Assembly: GCF_001194135.2 (NCBI RefSeq)
Contig: NC_068997.1
Coordinates: 5,334,196-5,398,195, forward strand
Origin: Octopus bimaculoides
Taxonomy: Eukaryota
Length of the DNA: 64,000 bases
Direction of reading: 5' to 3'
Shown here: one piece after another, positions 40,471-53,272 of the stretch
Layout: each line of letters opens with the position of its first letter
How positions within the stretch are numbered: position 1 is the first letter of the stretch
Notes under the pieces: model-generated
The model's database searches: none
Told to the model about the DNA's origin: nothing
The model's input: the letters and a program-made list of their open reading frames with translations, nothing else
Translations under genes and position numbers: made by a program

Positions 40471-40489
40471 TCTTAAAGAGCTGTAGTAA

Positions 40490-40800
40490 ATATCATTATC
40501 ATTGGTAGCATTGACATCTTCACTATCACCAACATCTAAAGAATGTAAAAAAAAAAAAAAAAAAAAAAAAAATCCAAGAAAGTAATACCACAAATTAAGT
40601 AAACAAACAATAATAAACATTCATGTTTTCACATTATTATATTCTATAATATATTTCCTATACAAACAATATTCTTTTACGGAACATTCTCCAGTATACA
40701 TTGTCCTTTCCTGTTATAATCATTCATCAGGTCATTATCCTTTGATTAAAAAAAACAAAAAACAAAACCATATCCATATGGTATAATAGAGTCCTTTCTG

Positions 40801-40841
<41 letters not shown>

Positions 40842-41651
40842 CATACACATACATATACACACACCAATCAACTATATCCTCATTGGATGCCAATCTTCGT
40901 GGATCAACAAGCCATATCACATTCCAGGCCAGTGAGATAAACGTCCCACATCCAAACAAAACTATCTCTAGATCAGTCTTTCATGCATATATAAACCACA
41001 TTTCTCATTATTGTAGGTCTTTTTATCTGTGCATGTGTATACATACACATCCTATATATGACCATATCCCCACAGAAGATAGTAATCATTTGTGAATGTA
41101 GTTAGTATATCGATTCCTGATCAATATAATCACATACCTTTGAAGCTAAGACTGTCCAAAACCCTTTACATAAAACAATATTACTGATATTTGATTTAGT
41201 TGACAGTGTTGTAGGGTGGTGGTGGTGGTGGTGGTTGGGAGGTAGAGAAAAGTATCTACTTTGGAGGGGTGTCTGTGTGGGGGAGCAGTTTGGGAAGTTG
41301 AGAGAGATAATGACAGAACAGTACTGAGAGAAATTGTTCAAGCAAAGAGAGACTCAGAGAGAAAAGGAACAGAGAACAGTGAGAAAACAAGAGAGAAGAC
41401 AGAAGAAGAGAAAAAGAATGGGAAGGAGGAGGAGGCAAAACAATATGGAAGGTGTTATAAAGATGAGACAATGTTATGGGAAGATTTTTTTTTTTACTAT
41501 GCTTTCTTTGTAAAGAGACAATGGAAGAGGATGGGAAATAAGAGGGGTGGTTGAGTGCATGATGTGTGCATCATCATAGTCTCACATCTTTATACACATC
41601 ATATATATATATATATATAGTTATGTATATTTATATTCATGTCAGCATCTG

Positions 41652-41720
<69 letters not shown>

Positions 41721-41800
41721 AATATATATAATTACAAAAGAAATCCAACAACAACAAAACAATGAAATAATAATAATAATAATATTAATAATGATAATAA
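40490..41800 (-). other. HGS: Probable HGS 3' UTR (distal end not determined)
   Basis: Directly follows the stop codon. U-rich on the sense strand, with (TA)n, (CA)n and long poly-U tracts (A-run near 40547-40572 on +). Cleavage site not identifiable. Confidence 0.55.
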
Positions 41801-42012
41801 TTAATCGAAACTAATCAGCTCTGCTTCGTTTTGTGGCAGCACCATTTGCTGTGGTGGTGCCTGATATTGCTGGGTGGGAGGTCCAGCCATGTATTGTTGT
41901 TGTTGTTGTGGTTGCTGCTGTTGTGGTGGTTGCTGTTGGGGTGGTTGCGCAGGTATTGCACTGTACACACTTGGTTGAGATGCACCGACTGGAGGAAGAG
42001 TATTTGCCAGAT
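41801..42012 (-). CDS. HGS: HGS terminal coding exon: (N)LANTLPPVGASQPSVYSAIPAQPPQQQPPQQQQPQQQQQYMAGPPTQQYQAPPQQMVLPQNEAELISFD*
   Basis: Acceptor ctttctctctttgcacag|; 212 nt; junction A|AT gives NMQNLANTLP. Ends in the clathrin box LISFD followed by TAA at 41801-41803. This frame is not in the supplied ORF track because it has no start codon. Confidence 0.96.
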
Positions 42013-44084
42013 CTGTGCAAAGAGAGAAAGAACAAAGGTATACATATCTATATACAAAAGAAATCCCACACTTGAAAGCCAGTTACAAGTTAGCATCAAG
42101 AGGGGCATATAGTTATAAAACAAAACCTCAAAGAGATATGCTTGCCTGGAAAAACAAATGTAAACACACACAAAAAAAAATATGAGTTCATTAAACATGT
42201 CACTGGCATGAGTGCAAATTACGTGGCACTGGCACAAGTGCATCATATGTGGCACTGCAATGAGAGCATTTTATGTGACACTGGCACCTGCAAGACAAAA
42301 ACCTCTTCCCTGGGAGGGAGAGTGGGTGGGTGGCCAGAAAGGAGATGTTTTTAAATTAAAAAATTTTTTTTATTAATTATACTTTTAAGTTCGTTATAGA
42401 AATGTACATGATGGAAGTTGATTTGCTGATCCTTGATCTAGGTTATTGGTGCAATTGCTCCATCATGGCTGATACCATGTTGTTGTTAAAAAGGAAATAC
42501 TGAGGCCCAATGGTGTTTAAAATACTAGACCAACATGGTCAAAATTCAAATCTTGGTACGGCTGTTGGTTTATGTTCTATATCAAGGGGCATAACTCTGC
42601 TAGCTCCAGTTAACCTGCCTGAAAACAAAAGTTGTTGATTGCCATTGTTACTTCAAGGTTCAAGTGACTATCAGCAGGGAATACAACCCTGAAAAACTCC
42701 AGCAAACATGTAAAAAAAAAAACAACAAACAATATACTAAATGTCCAGATCATGTAATAAGGGTAAATACGGAACTACATACATATGAAGTGAACTTAAC
42801 CATATAACAATGCCTGTTATTTCTAGTGAGTTAAGCGACCATGTAGAAGTTCCTGTTGGAATCAGAAGTTTCCTTGTTGGAATATACTGTGTATATTGAG
42901 CTCATATATCTGGACATCTTCACTTTTTAAATATATCACCCCGACCTGCATTCTGATCTATACTCCTTCCTGAGCCACTTCCACCTCTCTCACCATACTA
43001 CTACCCCATCAACTGTATCTCCACCTTCGGTCATCACACACTACATTCACTTTTACCCTTAACCATTTGTTATTCTCCCTTCAGACTCTCATGAAACTAC
43101 ACCCCACTTTAATGCACTGTTTATATTCTCCCTAATACTCATCTCCTAGTGTCTTGTGTTGCTCTGGCATCTAGTCACCATCATCTAACCTTATTCCAGA
43201 TATGCCCACCCACTCCTATATGATGTAAGGTAGCCATGTATCTTCTCTCTAACAAGACCCTTGGGCTTCTCCCTCTATCATATTTTAGCCTCTCCTATTC
43301 TCAAATATCCCCCCCCCCACCATTCACATGCTTTGTTGAGGAGACTTTTTTCCTTTTCTTCCACTTGTAGGTTTTTTAGCGATAATAGGAAACATGGCAT
43401 CCAGTTCACACCAAGTAAAGTGATTGGCATTAAGAAGGGTATCCAGCTGTAGAAACCATGCCAAAACTGACTCTGGAGCTCAATGCAGTCCTGCAGATTG
43501 TTGGATCCTGTCAAACAGTGCAACATAAACAAGCATGGAAAACTGATAGTAAATGATGATGATCAGAGGCAGTTATGAACACCAGCTGGACCACTGGATA
43601 TACTCAGGGTTTTAGAGGGCTAATCACTTGTTCAACCCTACACCACAGCTGCTAATGTTGGTTATTATAAAGAAACAAAAGGAATCCAGTAGGTCTGCAT
43701 TATGTTTACTCAAATGGACCTCTTGATACCAAGCTGCATGAGTCTGCTCCTGATCCTATGATACAAACTTCCGGTTTTATTTAAAGTTATCTAAAAACCT
43801 TAAAACAAACTTTTACACTAACTTATATTCCAAATACCAGTTTAATAATAAAGTTATTCCATAAAATTCTTGATTACTTTCAGAATTAAAACAAAGCACT
43901 GTATTTATGGGGTGCACTCAGAACAGCAAAATTCAAACAATAGCGCATCTATTCATTCGTGATATGTTCTTGCAGATTCAAATCTGAATATCCGATTACT
44001 GTTGTTTTACATAATGGGAGAACATCTTTTCTTTATTTGAATTCTTGCTGTTCAGCATGCACACCATAAATTATTAGGAGGGAA

Positions 44085-44265
44085 TGCTGAAAAGCTCTTG
44101 GCTTTGGGTAAGAAAAAATGCAGGAGGATCAGTTAATTATGATTTCATTGAACATATTCCCCTCTCAGGTTCACACACTTATTGCAGCAGTCCTTCAGTT
44201 TTTCTAAGCCCTGTAAAAGAACTCAGGAGGTTGGGCCTCCAAGTAGGTCTTTTGTAAGACCTTTA
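44085..44265. mobile_element. Second copy of the 27141 MITE (HGS intron)
   Basis: Collinear GGA.CAGTTAATTATGATTT...GCAGCAGTCCTTCAG...AAGCCCTGTAAAAGAACTCAG blocks. Confidence 0.75.
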
Positions 44266-45081
44266 AAACCTTCCCTTGTCACACGAAAACCTAAGGAGAG
44301 GACACACAAAGTTGATAGTAAATGCTAATGTGGGGAGTCTCCATAGTCATTCAACTTGCTAGAAATGGAGGCTAAATGCCTCATAACACAACCTACAATC
44401 TTAGATAATGTGATACTAGATACCCTCCACTAAAGGACAAAGATCTCCATTCAGAACTGAGCTGGGGCTTTATATATCTCATTGTTTTTAACATCAATTT
44501 TTCCATGCCTGCATGGATCAGATAGAGTTCATGGAGGCAGATTTTCTATAGCTGGATGCCTTTCGGGTCATCAACTCTCACCTGTTTTCAAGCAAGGTAA
44601 TATCTCTCCATGGCCAGGCAGTTATTTCATGGAAAACTAGAAATCAACGACATTGCTTATGACAGTGACACACATTTACAACTACCACATGATGTTAACG
44701 CAAGGAGACACAAACATACAAACAATCAAATACACACATGATGGGCTTCTTTCAGGATTATAATAGATGCCACTTGTCCAAAGTGCCACACAATAGTACT
44801 GAATCCCAAACCATGTGGTCAGAAAGTATCTTAATCACCCCACCCCCCTCCAATCATCTTTACAATTTAACATCCACTTCTCTCTGCTTGCATGGGTCAG
44901 ACTAAATGTGTACATTCATGTGTGTGAGAGATCATTTAACGTCTGTTTTCCATGCTGGCATGGGTAGGATATATAATATATATATATATATATGTCAAGA
45001 ACAGTTTTAAAATTTGACACACAAAGTAATATAAAAACAAGCCAAGGGGACACAAATACTAAAACAATATTTCATACATAC

Positions 45082-45655
45082 TCTGCATGTTTAATGAGGA
45101 ATATTCTGGATTAGGGATTGATGTATAAATTGGTCCTGCAGAAGAAATCTGTGATAAACTTGACGGCTGACTCGATGCTGGATTATAAGATTGGTAAGAA
45201 TTGGAAGAAGCCTGTATAACATCTGTGCTCATTGCTGGTTGGTAACCTGCAGACTGTGCAACCGTTTGAGACGGGTGACCAAGAGCAGGAGGGTACTGAC
45301 CACCAGCAGGTTGGCTGTAGTTTGTGGAGTTGGGTGCATTTGGGATCTGTGGTGGTGTTGGTTGTTGTTGTTGTTGTGGTGGTGGTTGTTGTTGCTGTGA
45401 GGGTGGTGGTTGTTGTTGCTGCGGTGGTGGCTGTTGTTGTGATGGTGGTGCACCAGGTGGTTGCATGTAGATCTCATTTGGTGCACTGCTGTTGACCGGG
45501 AGAGATGGTGGTGGTGGCGGTGGCGCCATGCCTGGTGGAGCACCAGGACCTGGCATCATACCAACTGGCAAATAACCTATTCGATGCATCTGGTGGACCG
45601 GAGAGTTTTCAAGTGAGCTGCCAGGACTAGGAAAGTTTGGGGCACCATACGGGTT
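45082..45655 (-). CDS. HGS: HGS exon, Pro/Gln-rich region (NPYGAPNFPSPGSSLENSPVHQMHRIG ... EYSSLNMQ)
   Basis: Acceptor ttcttctctattccag| and donor CAGA|gtatgt; 574 nt, phase 0-1. Extends the listed ORF 45059..45589 by 22 codons. SPGSSLENSPVH resembles the Hrs SPAGSVEGSPMH segment. Confidence 0.93.
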
Positions 45656-46866
45656 CTGGAATAGAGAAGAAATTTAGGAATCAAAGAAACATTCTACAAC
45701 GTGTATGTGCATGTGTGAACAGCTGAGCTTTCTCCTGCATCAGTTAATAAACAGATGATTCACAAAATGAATAGATATAGATGAGAGTGATATTGTCCTG
45801 AGGTCAACAGGACCCATTGCTTCAATGGCTATATCTGACCAGACAAAAATCATACAATCCATTAAAATTATGAGACATATTGAATATCAAAAATTAAACA
45901 ATAATTATTATTACAGTAGTGTGTGTATGTATAACTAAAATACAGCCAACAACATTGACTGATTTATGTCAGTAGTTTGCCAAGGTTGTGGAAATTACCG
46001 TTATATCAGCACCAAGCAGTGTTTAGGCATAAGCAAAGTTTAGGTTAGTTAAAATATGTGTGTGACATATTTCAGCTGCTAAAGGCAAATTCACTGCAGT
46101 TACCATGGAGTAAAATTCTCACTTGTGGAAAAAGGTATAAAAACACCATACCTGTCCAGTGTCACTCTTATCAGAATTCCCAGACATCAATGTTTCTAGC
46201 TCTTCAGCTGGTATCAAGGAAAAATACCCAAGTATAGCATTGACCAAAATACAGTCAACATTGACTGATTTGCACTGGTAGATTGCCGAGGTTATGGAAA
46301 TTACTAATATCAGAGCCTTGTAGTGTTTAGGCATAAGCAAAGTTTAGGTTAATTAAAACATATGTGACATATTTCAATTGCTATCATCTTTTAACATTCA
46401 TTTTCCATACTTGCACCAGTTGGATGTCTTGACCAGAACTGGCAAGTAGGGAAGCTGCACCAGGTTCCTGTCAGTTTCGGCTTGGTTTCTACAGCTGGAT
46501 GCCCTTCCTAATGCCAACTGTTTTACAAGTGTGCTGGGTGTTATTACATGGCGCTAGCATGGGTGCTGTTTACATGGCACCAGTATGGGTGCTTTTTATG
46601 TAGAACCAGCACAGGGCTCTTGCACACCAATCCTCCTCAGCATTAACACTTCTGCTGTGGAGGACAGGTCTTTATATTTATAGATAACTGGAGACGAATA
46701 CCATTCCTCCATGTGATCAGCTTGAAAAATTAAGATATTAAGATACTGTCCTTAACATAAAACCAATGGTAACCTTAATACACAAATGAAGAAATTTTAT
46801 CTACTAATGTGGTGTTGAGCACCCATTCTTGTTGTTTGACATTTACATATGTGTGTGTGCATATGT

Positions 46867-46923
<57 letters not shown>

Positions 46924-47794
46924 TATACACACAACATTGTAAGTAGATTTGGTAGGTAGAAACTGAAAGAAGCTCATTGTGTGTGTGTATGTGTGTGTGT
47001 GCACGTGCATATATTTGTACATGCATGTCAGAGGGTGTCTCTTTGTTTAAACCTTGCCCGATAATTGCTAGTGAGCGTTACCATTACAATGGCTGTATCA
47101 GCATTCATTCCCAGTCTCCCACCAAATCATGTGCCAAAGGGATATTTCCCCTGGACTAGAAAAAATCATCAGCATCATCATCAGTAACAATTGGCAACAT
47201 GATAAATTCCATCTGACCCATGTGAGCATGGGAAAATGAACATTAAAACGATGATGATTACATACATAGATACATACAGGCTGAGCCAAAAGTCACACAT
47301 AAGATAAAATTCAATATGCTCCAGAATTGCTAAAGACATGTTTCAAGTTTTCTAAAATTGTGATGAATACACACTTGTACATAATGAACAAAATGAATAA
47401 TAACGTAATATGTCAAATGTTTTGGTGTGTTACTTTTGACCTACCCTGTGTATGTGTACATTACATATATCTATATATACACATACACAACACATATATA
47501 ATGGCTTCTGTACAGTCTTTGTCTGTAACCACTTGTGATCCTTTAGCAGAATTCTATAGACCATCTGCCCACCCTAAGAATGGGTTTCGTCTCTTCATTG
47601 GCCCTACTTCTCATCTCAAATCGGTGCTGATAATACCTAATAATTATTTTACATTAGGAGTGGCTCAGCATGTTCACATACAGAGCCATTCAAATAACTG
47701 AAAATCTTAATTCATCTTTAACAAGAATGTTGGTGCAAAATGCTCTATGAATATGTCTTGCAGTTTTCAGCTATAACAACATAAAAACCTTTAC

Positions 47795-47926
47795 CTGGCC
47801 GTAGCCATAAGCCTGCATCTGCCTGATCTGAGTGAGGTGTTTCTGTTGCTCAAGACGAATCTGGTATTCTCGCTCCTGTTCATGCATTCGCTGGAATGCT
47901 AACTGGCGTTGCATCTCAAGGTATTC
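47795..47926 (-). CDS. HGS: HGS exon, coiled coil end: EYLEMQRQLAFQRMHEQEREYQIRLEQQKHLTQIRQMQAYGYGQ
   Basis: Acceptor ttatttcttctcag| and donor CAG|gtaaag; 132 nt, phase 0-0. EYLE.QRQLA.QR..EQE.E...RLEQQK matches Hrs. Confidence 0.96.
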
Positions 47927-48129
47927 CTGAGAAGAAATAAAAAACAATCAAAGAATTAGTGATAAGGTAGATAAAAAGTCAATCAAGGGTTCAAATCATC
48001 TCATCAGTACAGCTGGAAGGAATGGACCAACCCCATTGTTGCTTAAACCTAGGTTAGCACTGATTAAGCAGATCTATTATCAAAGGAATACCAGCCAAGT
48101 CTTTCACAAAGTCTCACTACATCCACAAT

Positions 48130-48680
48130 TACTTTAGTCAATTAGTCCTTCCTTTTTAAGGCACTATTATCAAAGGTTTCAGCTACGGATGATATGTACT
48201 CCAGTCCCAAGATACCTTGATCTGCAGCTTCTTCTTGTGTAAACAGCGTAGTGGTTACAATGTTGGATAGAATGAATGCCTTGCAGTATTTGTCCTGACT
48301 CTCTGTGTTCCATGTTCCAATCCTACTGAGGTTAGCTTTACCATTTATTGTTTCAGAGTCGGTAAAATGCATCAACCAGAGTAGTAGATTAGTAGAACTG
48401 TAAGAACATTGAACTGGAAGTTCAAATTTTATTGGGAAGGAGACTTAAACCATGATTCCTTTTAACACCACACTACTTGGCATCTTTAGTAGAGTCCATT
48501 CTTTAGCAAGAATTTGGGTCTAAGTGTCCAGTTTGAGGATACCTTCTTACATCAATTTCAGAGGTCCTGTAAAGCTCATAGTTCCTCCTTTTCCACCAGC
48601 CAATTTGGAAGGGACTTCAAAACTCATTGATCATACCAATCATCCTTTTATGAACCCATTAAAAAACATTAAAATGATAT
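48130..48680 (-). mobile_element. LINE 5' region plus start of an APE endonuclease (RIGTWN), decayed
   Basis: 48480-48600 is homologous to 33575-33650 (CCTCAAA.TGGA.A..T.G.CCCAAAT.CTTGC...GA.TGGA). The downstream frame has LSRIGTWN. Confidence 0.5.
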
Positions 48681-48754
48681 CAAACAACCAAGTTTAGAAG
48701 ATGAGAAATTTGAGATGAGGAGTTTTGTTTGTTGTAGCCACTCTAAAGACTTAC

Positions 48755-48927
48755 GTGCTTCTTTTGTCGCATAATTTCCAGCTTCTGTGACATCTGAATC
48801 TGTCTAAGTCTTTCTTGTTCTTCTTGTTCACGTCTTCGTTTTTCACGGTGATCCTCACGTAAAGCATCAAGGGCTTCCCGAGCATCTCTCAGCTGAGCAA
48901 GTTTGTCCTGGAGACATTCGTAGTGGC
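48755..48927 (-). CDS. HGS: HGS exon, coiled coil: (S)HYECLQDKLAQLRDAREALDALREDHREKRRREQEEQERLRQIQMSQKLEIMRQKKH
   Basis: Acceptor tttaatttcag| and donor CAC|gtaagt; 173 nt, phase 1-0. Junction A|GC = Ser keeps the frame. LQDKLAQ.RDAR and QKLEIMRQKK match Hrs. Confidence 0.96.
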
Positions 48928-49297
48928 CTGAAATTAAATCAAGTATGGTTGTGAGTGTGTTGTGTGGTTGTGTGTGTGTGTGTGTGTTTTGTGATGGTGC
49001 ATGTGTGTGTGTATTATTACTTTGCTTGGAAATAAGAGAAGGTTAGTAGCACGGAAGACATTCTGCCTCAACAAATCCCAACTGACTCATGGAAAACTAA
49101 ACATTAAAATGATGATAAATGCAAGCATGTGCGGGAGAGAGAAAGAGATAGGATGTGTGCGCATGGAGAGAGAATAATATAATATATGATATAAAGACTC
49201 ATGCAGCACATTCTAGTACAGAAAAATGTGAAAACAGTGTTGGTGATACATATATTTTATACAAAGTCATTATAAAGCACTTGTTTCTAGAACTTGC

Positions 49298-49481
49298 AGG
49301 TGACACGTAAAAGCACCCACTACACTCACTGAGTGGTTGGCGTTAGGAAGGGCATCCAGCTGTAGAAACTCTGCCAAATTAGATTGGAGCCTGGTGTTGC
49401 CATCCGGTTTCACCAGTCCTCAGTCAAATCGTCCAACCCATGCTAGCATGGAAGGCGGACGTTAAACGATGATGATGATGA
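49298..49481 (+). mobile_element. Young RTE 3'-terminal copy in an HGS intron
   Basis: CpGs intact; (GAT)n tail; GAACTT appears on both sides, a possible short TSD. Confidence 0.8.
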
Positions 49482-50747
49482 ACTTTATTTTATATATGGT
49501 AAAATTATTAGAGGAAGAATTATCATAAGTCTTATCTCCCAATCACTATATCCGCCCCTTGACCTTACATAATCTCAACAGTTGTCACCTACTCTTCCCT
49601 ATCTTCCTTACTTACCATCCCTCAATGTTTGCTCTTCATTCATTATACTCTACCCTTTACTTCTCCATCTCTTTCTATCTCCCACACTTCTGTACATTTC
49701 TGCAACCTCTACCCACCCACAGTCCCTTGTCTGATCCCCACTGACTTTTACTCATCTCATAACTTGAAGATCAATCCTGACACATCATCACAATTTTACC
49801 TCTCCAACTTCCCTTCCAATTACCCTTACCCTCTCTTCTAAAATGTGAGGGGCCATGTAGCCTTTCTACTACAAGAAACCTGCTCTACTCTGGCCCTCAT
49901 CTATCTTAAAACTGCCTCTTTTGGAATTTGTAGTCTTGTAAGCTGCATAGTGACCTCACCAGTACTGGTGCAATGAAAAACACTCTCAGGTAAGTATATT
50001 CAACACTGTGACTGAGACAACAAATAGATAACAGATTTCTGTGTCAGCCAGGAGTGATGACAGATGTATATGCATATATCTTTTGGTGATATATACGGCT
50101 GAAGGATGTAAACATTAACAAATACACTGGAAAACTGGTTTTTTAACTAACTCATCAATGCAAAGTTCTGCACTGAGTTACAGACACTCCCTTGTCATTC
50201 TTGCTGATGGAAATGTAGTGAACTAGCAATTGGTCAATTGGAAATGTGTAACTAATAACTCATATTGTGATATGATATTATACATACACACACATGTATA
50301 ATTAAAATAAATACCAGTATGATAGTGTGTGTGTGTGTGTGTATGTGTGTATATATATTTGTATGTATATATATATATATATATATATAGAGAATTCACA
50401 AAAAAACAACAGACGAAGACAGGTGGTGTAGAAAATAAATAGATGTATTAGTATAATGCTACGTTTCGAGCCTACGCTCTTCCACAGAAAGAAACAAGGA
50501 GAGAAAAAAATGTGTGTAGTGGTTAGCGATCTATTGAGTCCAATACATGCCAATACAGAAGATGGACATGAGATGATATATAAATATGTGAGCGCGTGTG
50601 TGTGCATACACAGTGAATATGTGTATGTGTGTGTGAATTATGTGCTAGAAAGAGTTAAGCGTGTTGGCCAGAGAGACAGCTTGAACCCCTGGATACTAGA
50701 TCTTTCAGTTTGGTCAGCTGACACCTTGGCCTTGTTGTGCAACTTAC

Positions 50748-50949
50748 TTCGGGCATCTTCTTGCTCTTGAATATATTTCAGCAACTGTGGGTGCATGTTA
50801 CTTATGACATTGAAGAGGGATTGCACAGAGGTGTCGTTGGTTATGCTCCGACCTCTCATTGAATTACTGCGCATACGATTGACAAATATCTCAACACTGC
50901 TTTGTAGAGCACCCAAGAATTGTTGTTGGTCAATGTCAATATCCCCGTT
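50748..50949 (-). CDS. HGS: HGS exon, GAT/helical core: NGDIDIDQQQFLGALQSSVEIFVNRMRSNSMRGRSITNDTSVQSLFNVISNMHPQLLKYIQEQEDAR
   Basis: Acceptor ttgtcttttcag| and donor CGAA|gtaagt; 202 nt, phase 0-1. FVNRMxSNxMRGRSITND and MHPQLL are Hrs hallmarks. Confidence 0.96.
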
Positions 50950-52793
50950 CTGAAAAGACAAACAAATTGGAAAAATATTAAAAATAATATTGAGGTACCC
51001 CATACAATCAGCTGGAACCAGGAGGAAAAAAAAAAAATCAAAATTAATCTTTCCACAAAAAAAATTAAGGATTCATATAACTGGTAGGTAGCTGTAAATG
51101 TTTAGTGGCTGAAAGACTAAATCTGTCCCTGGAGCAGATGCTAGTCTCTCATTGCAAGTAGTCATCATCAACATTTCATGTCTGTTTTCCATGCTGGCAT
51201 GGGTTGGATAGCTTGACAGGAACTGGTAAGGTGAGGGTCCACATTAGGTTCCATAGTCTGTTTTAGCTTGGTTTCTACAGCTGGATGTTCTTCCTCACAC
51301 CAATCATGTTATAGAGTGTACTGGGTGCTTTTTATATGGCACCATGACCAGTGCTTTTTACGTGGCACAAATTCTCGATAACTAAAATATCTGGAGTACA
51401 TAAAATGTCTTGGCTCATAGACTGGCTGTTCAATACTTTGACCATATAGCGTGATTGGAGCTTTTTCAATTCGAGCCAACAAAAGAGTCAGCTTTGCCTT
51501 TTATCTTTTCAAGATTGATAAAGTACGTACCAGTTGAGCACTGGGGTTGATGCAATTCACTTACCCCCATCCCCCAAAATAATGGCCTTGTACCAAAATT
51601 TTAAACCAATATTTTACTCTTATATTAATCTCACTTTCTTTAATAATAAATATAAAATTCTATACTACTACAACTACTACTACTACTACTAATAATAATA
51701 ATAATAAATGAAGATTGATGTAACTCTTCGATTGACTTTGTTTACTGAGCTGAACAAAGTCAATCTGTAATTTATTACATATCACATTACACTCTTACTT
51801 TGTAGTAGTAAAGTTCTTTACCAAGAGGTCAATAATCCAGTAACTTAACCTCATAGCAACTAGGTCTTAGACTTGTCTGTTGTATTTCACTCATTAGAAA
51901 ATATATTGAATGTAACTGCAAGTTACACAGCTCACTTCTGAGGGCCATGCTGTACAGTTCATAGCCTCACCCTCCTCATGCATAGCTGTATCACCCCTTT
52001 TATGGGTGCCAGCTCGTTCATCTCTCATCTCATGATTACTACATGGTTGCACAAGACTTGCCTTGAGAGTTCTATATATATATATATAAAAGGATACAAA
52101 AATCAGTAACCCAATGCAACTATCACACTGTCTAAATAACTCGTGTTTTGTTTCTTAAACAATATCAAACCCAAATAAATTTTAAATATTCCATGCAGGT
52201 GTTACGAAATTCGCTTTGCAACCACATGATCCCAGATTTGACTTATGACAATATTCTATCATAGTCTTGGATCAGTCAAAGCTTTGTGAATGAAATCTGG
52301 TGGACAGAAACTATGTATGAATGTGTATAAATCTACACATTATCTAAATTCACAAACAAGAGGAAAGAAAAATGGTAAAAAAACCATGGAAGAAATTACA
52401 TTTGAAACTGAAGCTTCTATCCATCGCTACTCTGAGTTTTGTGCCCGTGTGTTTGCTAAGGCATTCAGAGTTAATTTACAAACATCTGTACTTGTGCTGA
52501 CAAATGGAGACACAAAACTCAGAATAGACATGATAGAAAACTTCTGCTTCAAGTGCGTGTGCGTGTGTGTGTTGATGTAGGATGGCAAAACCAATAGTTG
52601 AATGGTGTACAAGACATCTTGTGATATTTGGTTAGATTTGTATAGCGACATTGTCACCCATACTCCAGAAGTCAATAAAATAAGTACAGGAGCAGGTCGC
52701 AGTGACATAATCAAAGTCTGAACATGACTGCAGTCCAAAGCCCGAAATAAATAAAAGAAATGAATTCAAAAATATCTGTTAATGTTTCCATAC

Positions 52794-52958
52794 CATTTCA
52801 TGTGTCTTCATAATCGTTGTCTTTGGTTCTGCGGTGGCAATGGGAGCAGAAGGGGTTGTTGCACTCTGTTCTGACCTTTGCTGCCAGTAATTTCGGTTAA
52901 GGTAACGAGCAAGTTCTGGATCCATATCTGAAGTATCTATTGCAGGAGCTGAAACAGT
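52794..52958 (-). CDS. HGS: HGS/Hrs exon (first identifiable in window): TVSAPAIDTSDMDPELARYLNRNYWQQRSEQSATTPSAPIATAEPKTTIMKTHEM
   Basis: Acceptor ttaatatttcag| and donor ATG|gtatgg; 165 nt, phase 0-0. DPELARYLNRNYW matches the Hrs segment after the UIM, and PSAP is the TSG101-binding motif. A second tttcag 10 nt further in (52949-52950) makes the exact start slightly uncertain. Confidence 0.93.
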
Positions 52959-53062
52959 CTGAAATATTAAAATGTAGAAATAACTGACTTTCATTTCAGA
53001 AATTATGTTAAGGTATTCATTCCTATGAACAGACAATAGTAATAATGATTTCTAAAATTGAT

Positions 53063-53272
53063 TTCAAATTTTGGCACAAGGCCAGCAATTTCGGAGGAGG
53101 GAGTAAGTTGATTATGTCAACCCCAGTGCTGAATTGGTACTTATTTTATGAACCCCAAAAGGGATGAAAGGCAAAGTTGACCTTGGTGAAATTTGATCTC
53201 TGAACAAAGATAGACATAATGCTGCTAAGCATTTTGCCTGGTGTGCTATCAATTCTGCCAGCTCACTGCCTT
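53063..53272 (-). mobile_element. SINE family A copy, CpG-decayed
   Basis: Head reads GGCAGTGAGCTGGCAGAATTGATAGCACACCAGGC; the consensus CpGs have changed to TG/CA. Confidence 0.75.

Noticed and set aside
41811-42075. Thr-rich and Val-rich ORFs at 41811-42255
   Set aside because: These are alternative frames or the antisense strand of the real HGS terminal exon.
45059-45081. ORF read-through ending SMYEILF*
   Set aside because: A consensus donor at 45081 splices in frame to the conserved NLANTLP...LISFD exon, so the extension is intronic. There is no evidence for retention.
50638-50747. ORF extension KLHNKAKVSADQ... after EDARS
   Set aside because: It lies beyond the gtaagt donor at 50747; Hrs similarity continues in the next exon instead.
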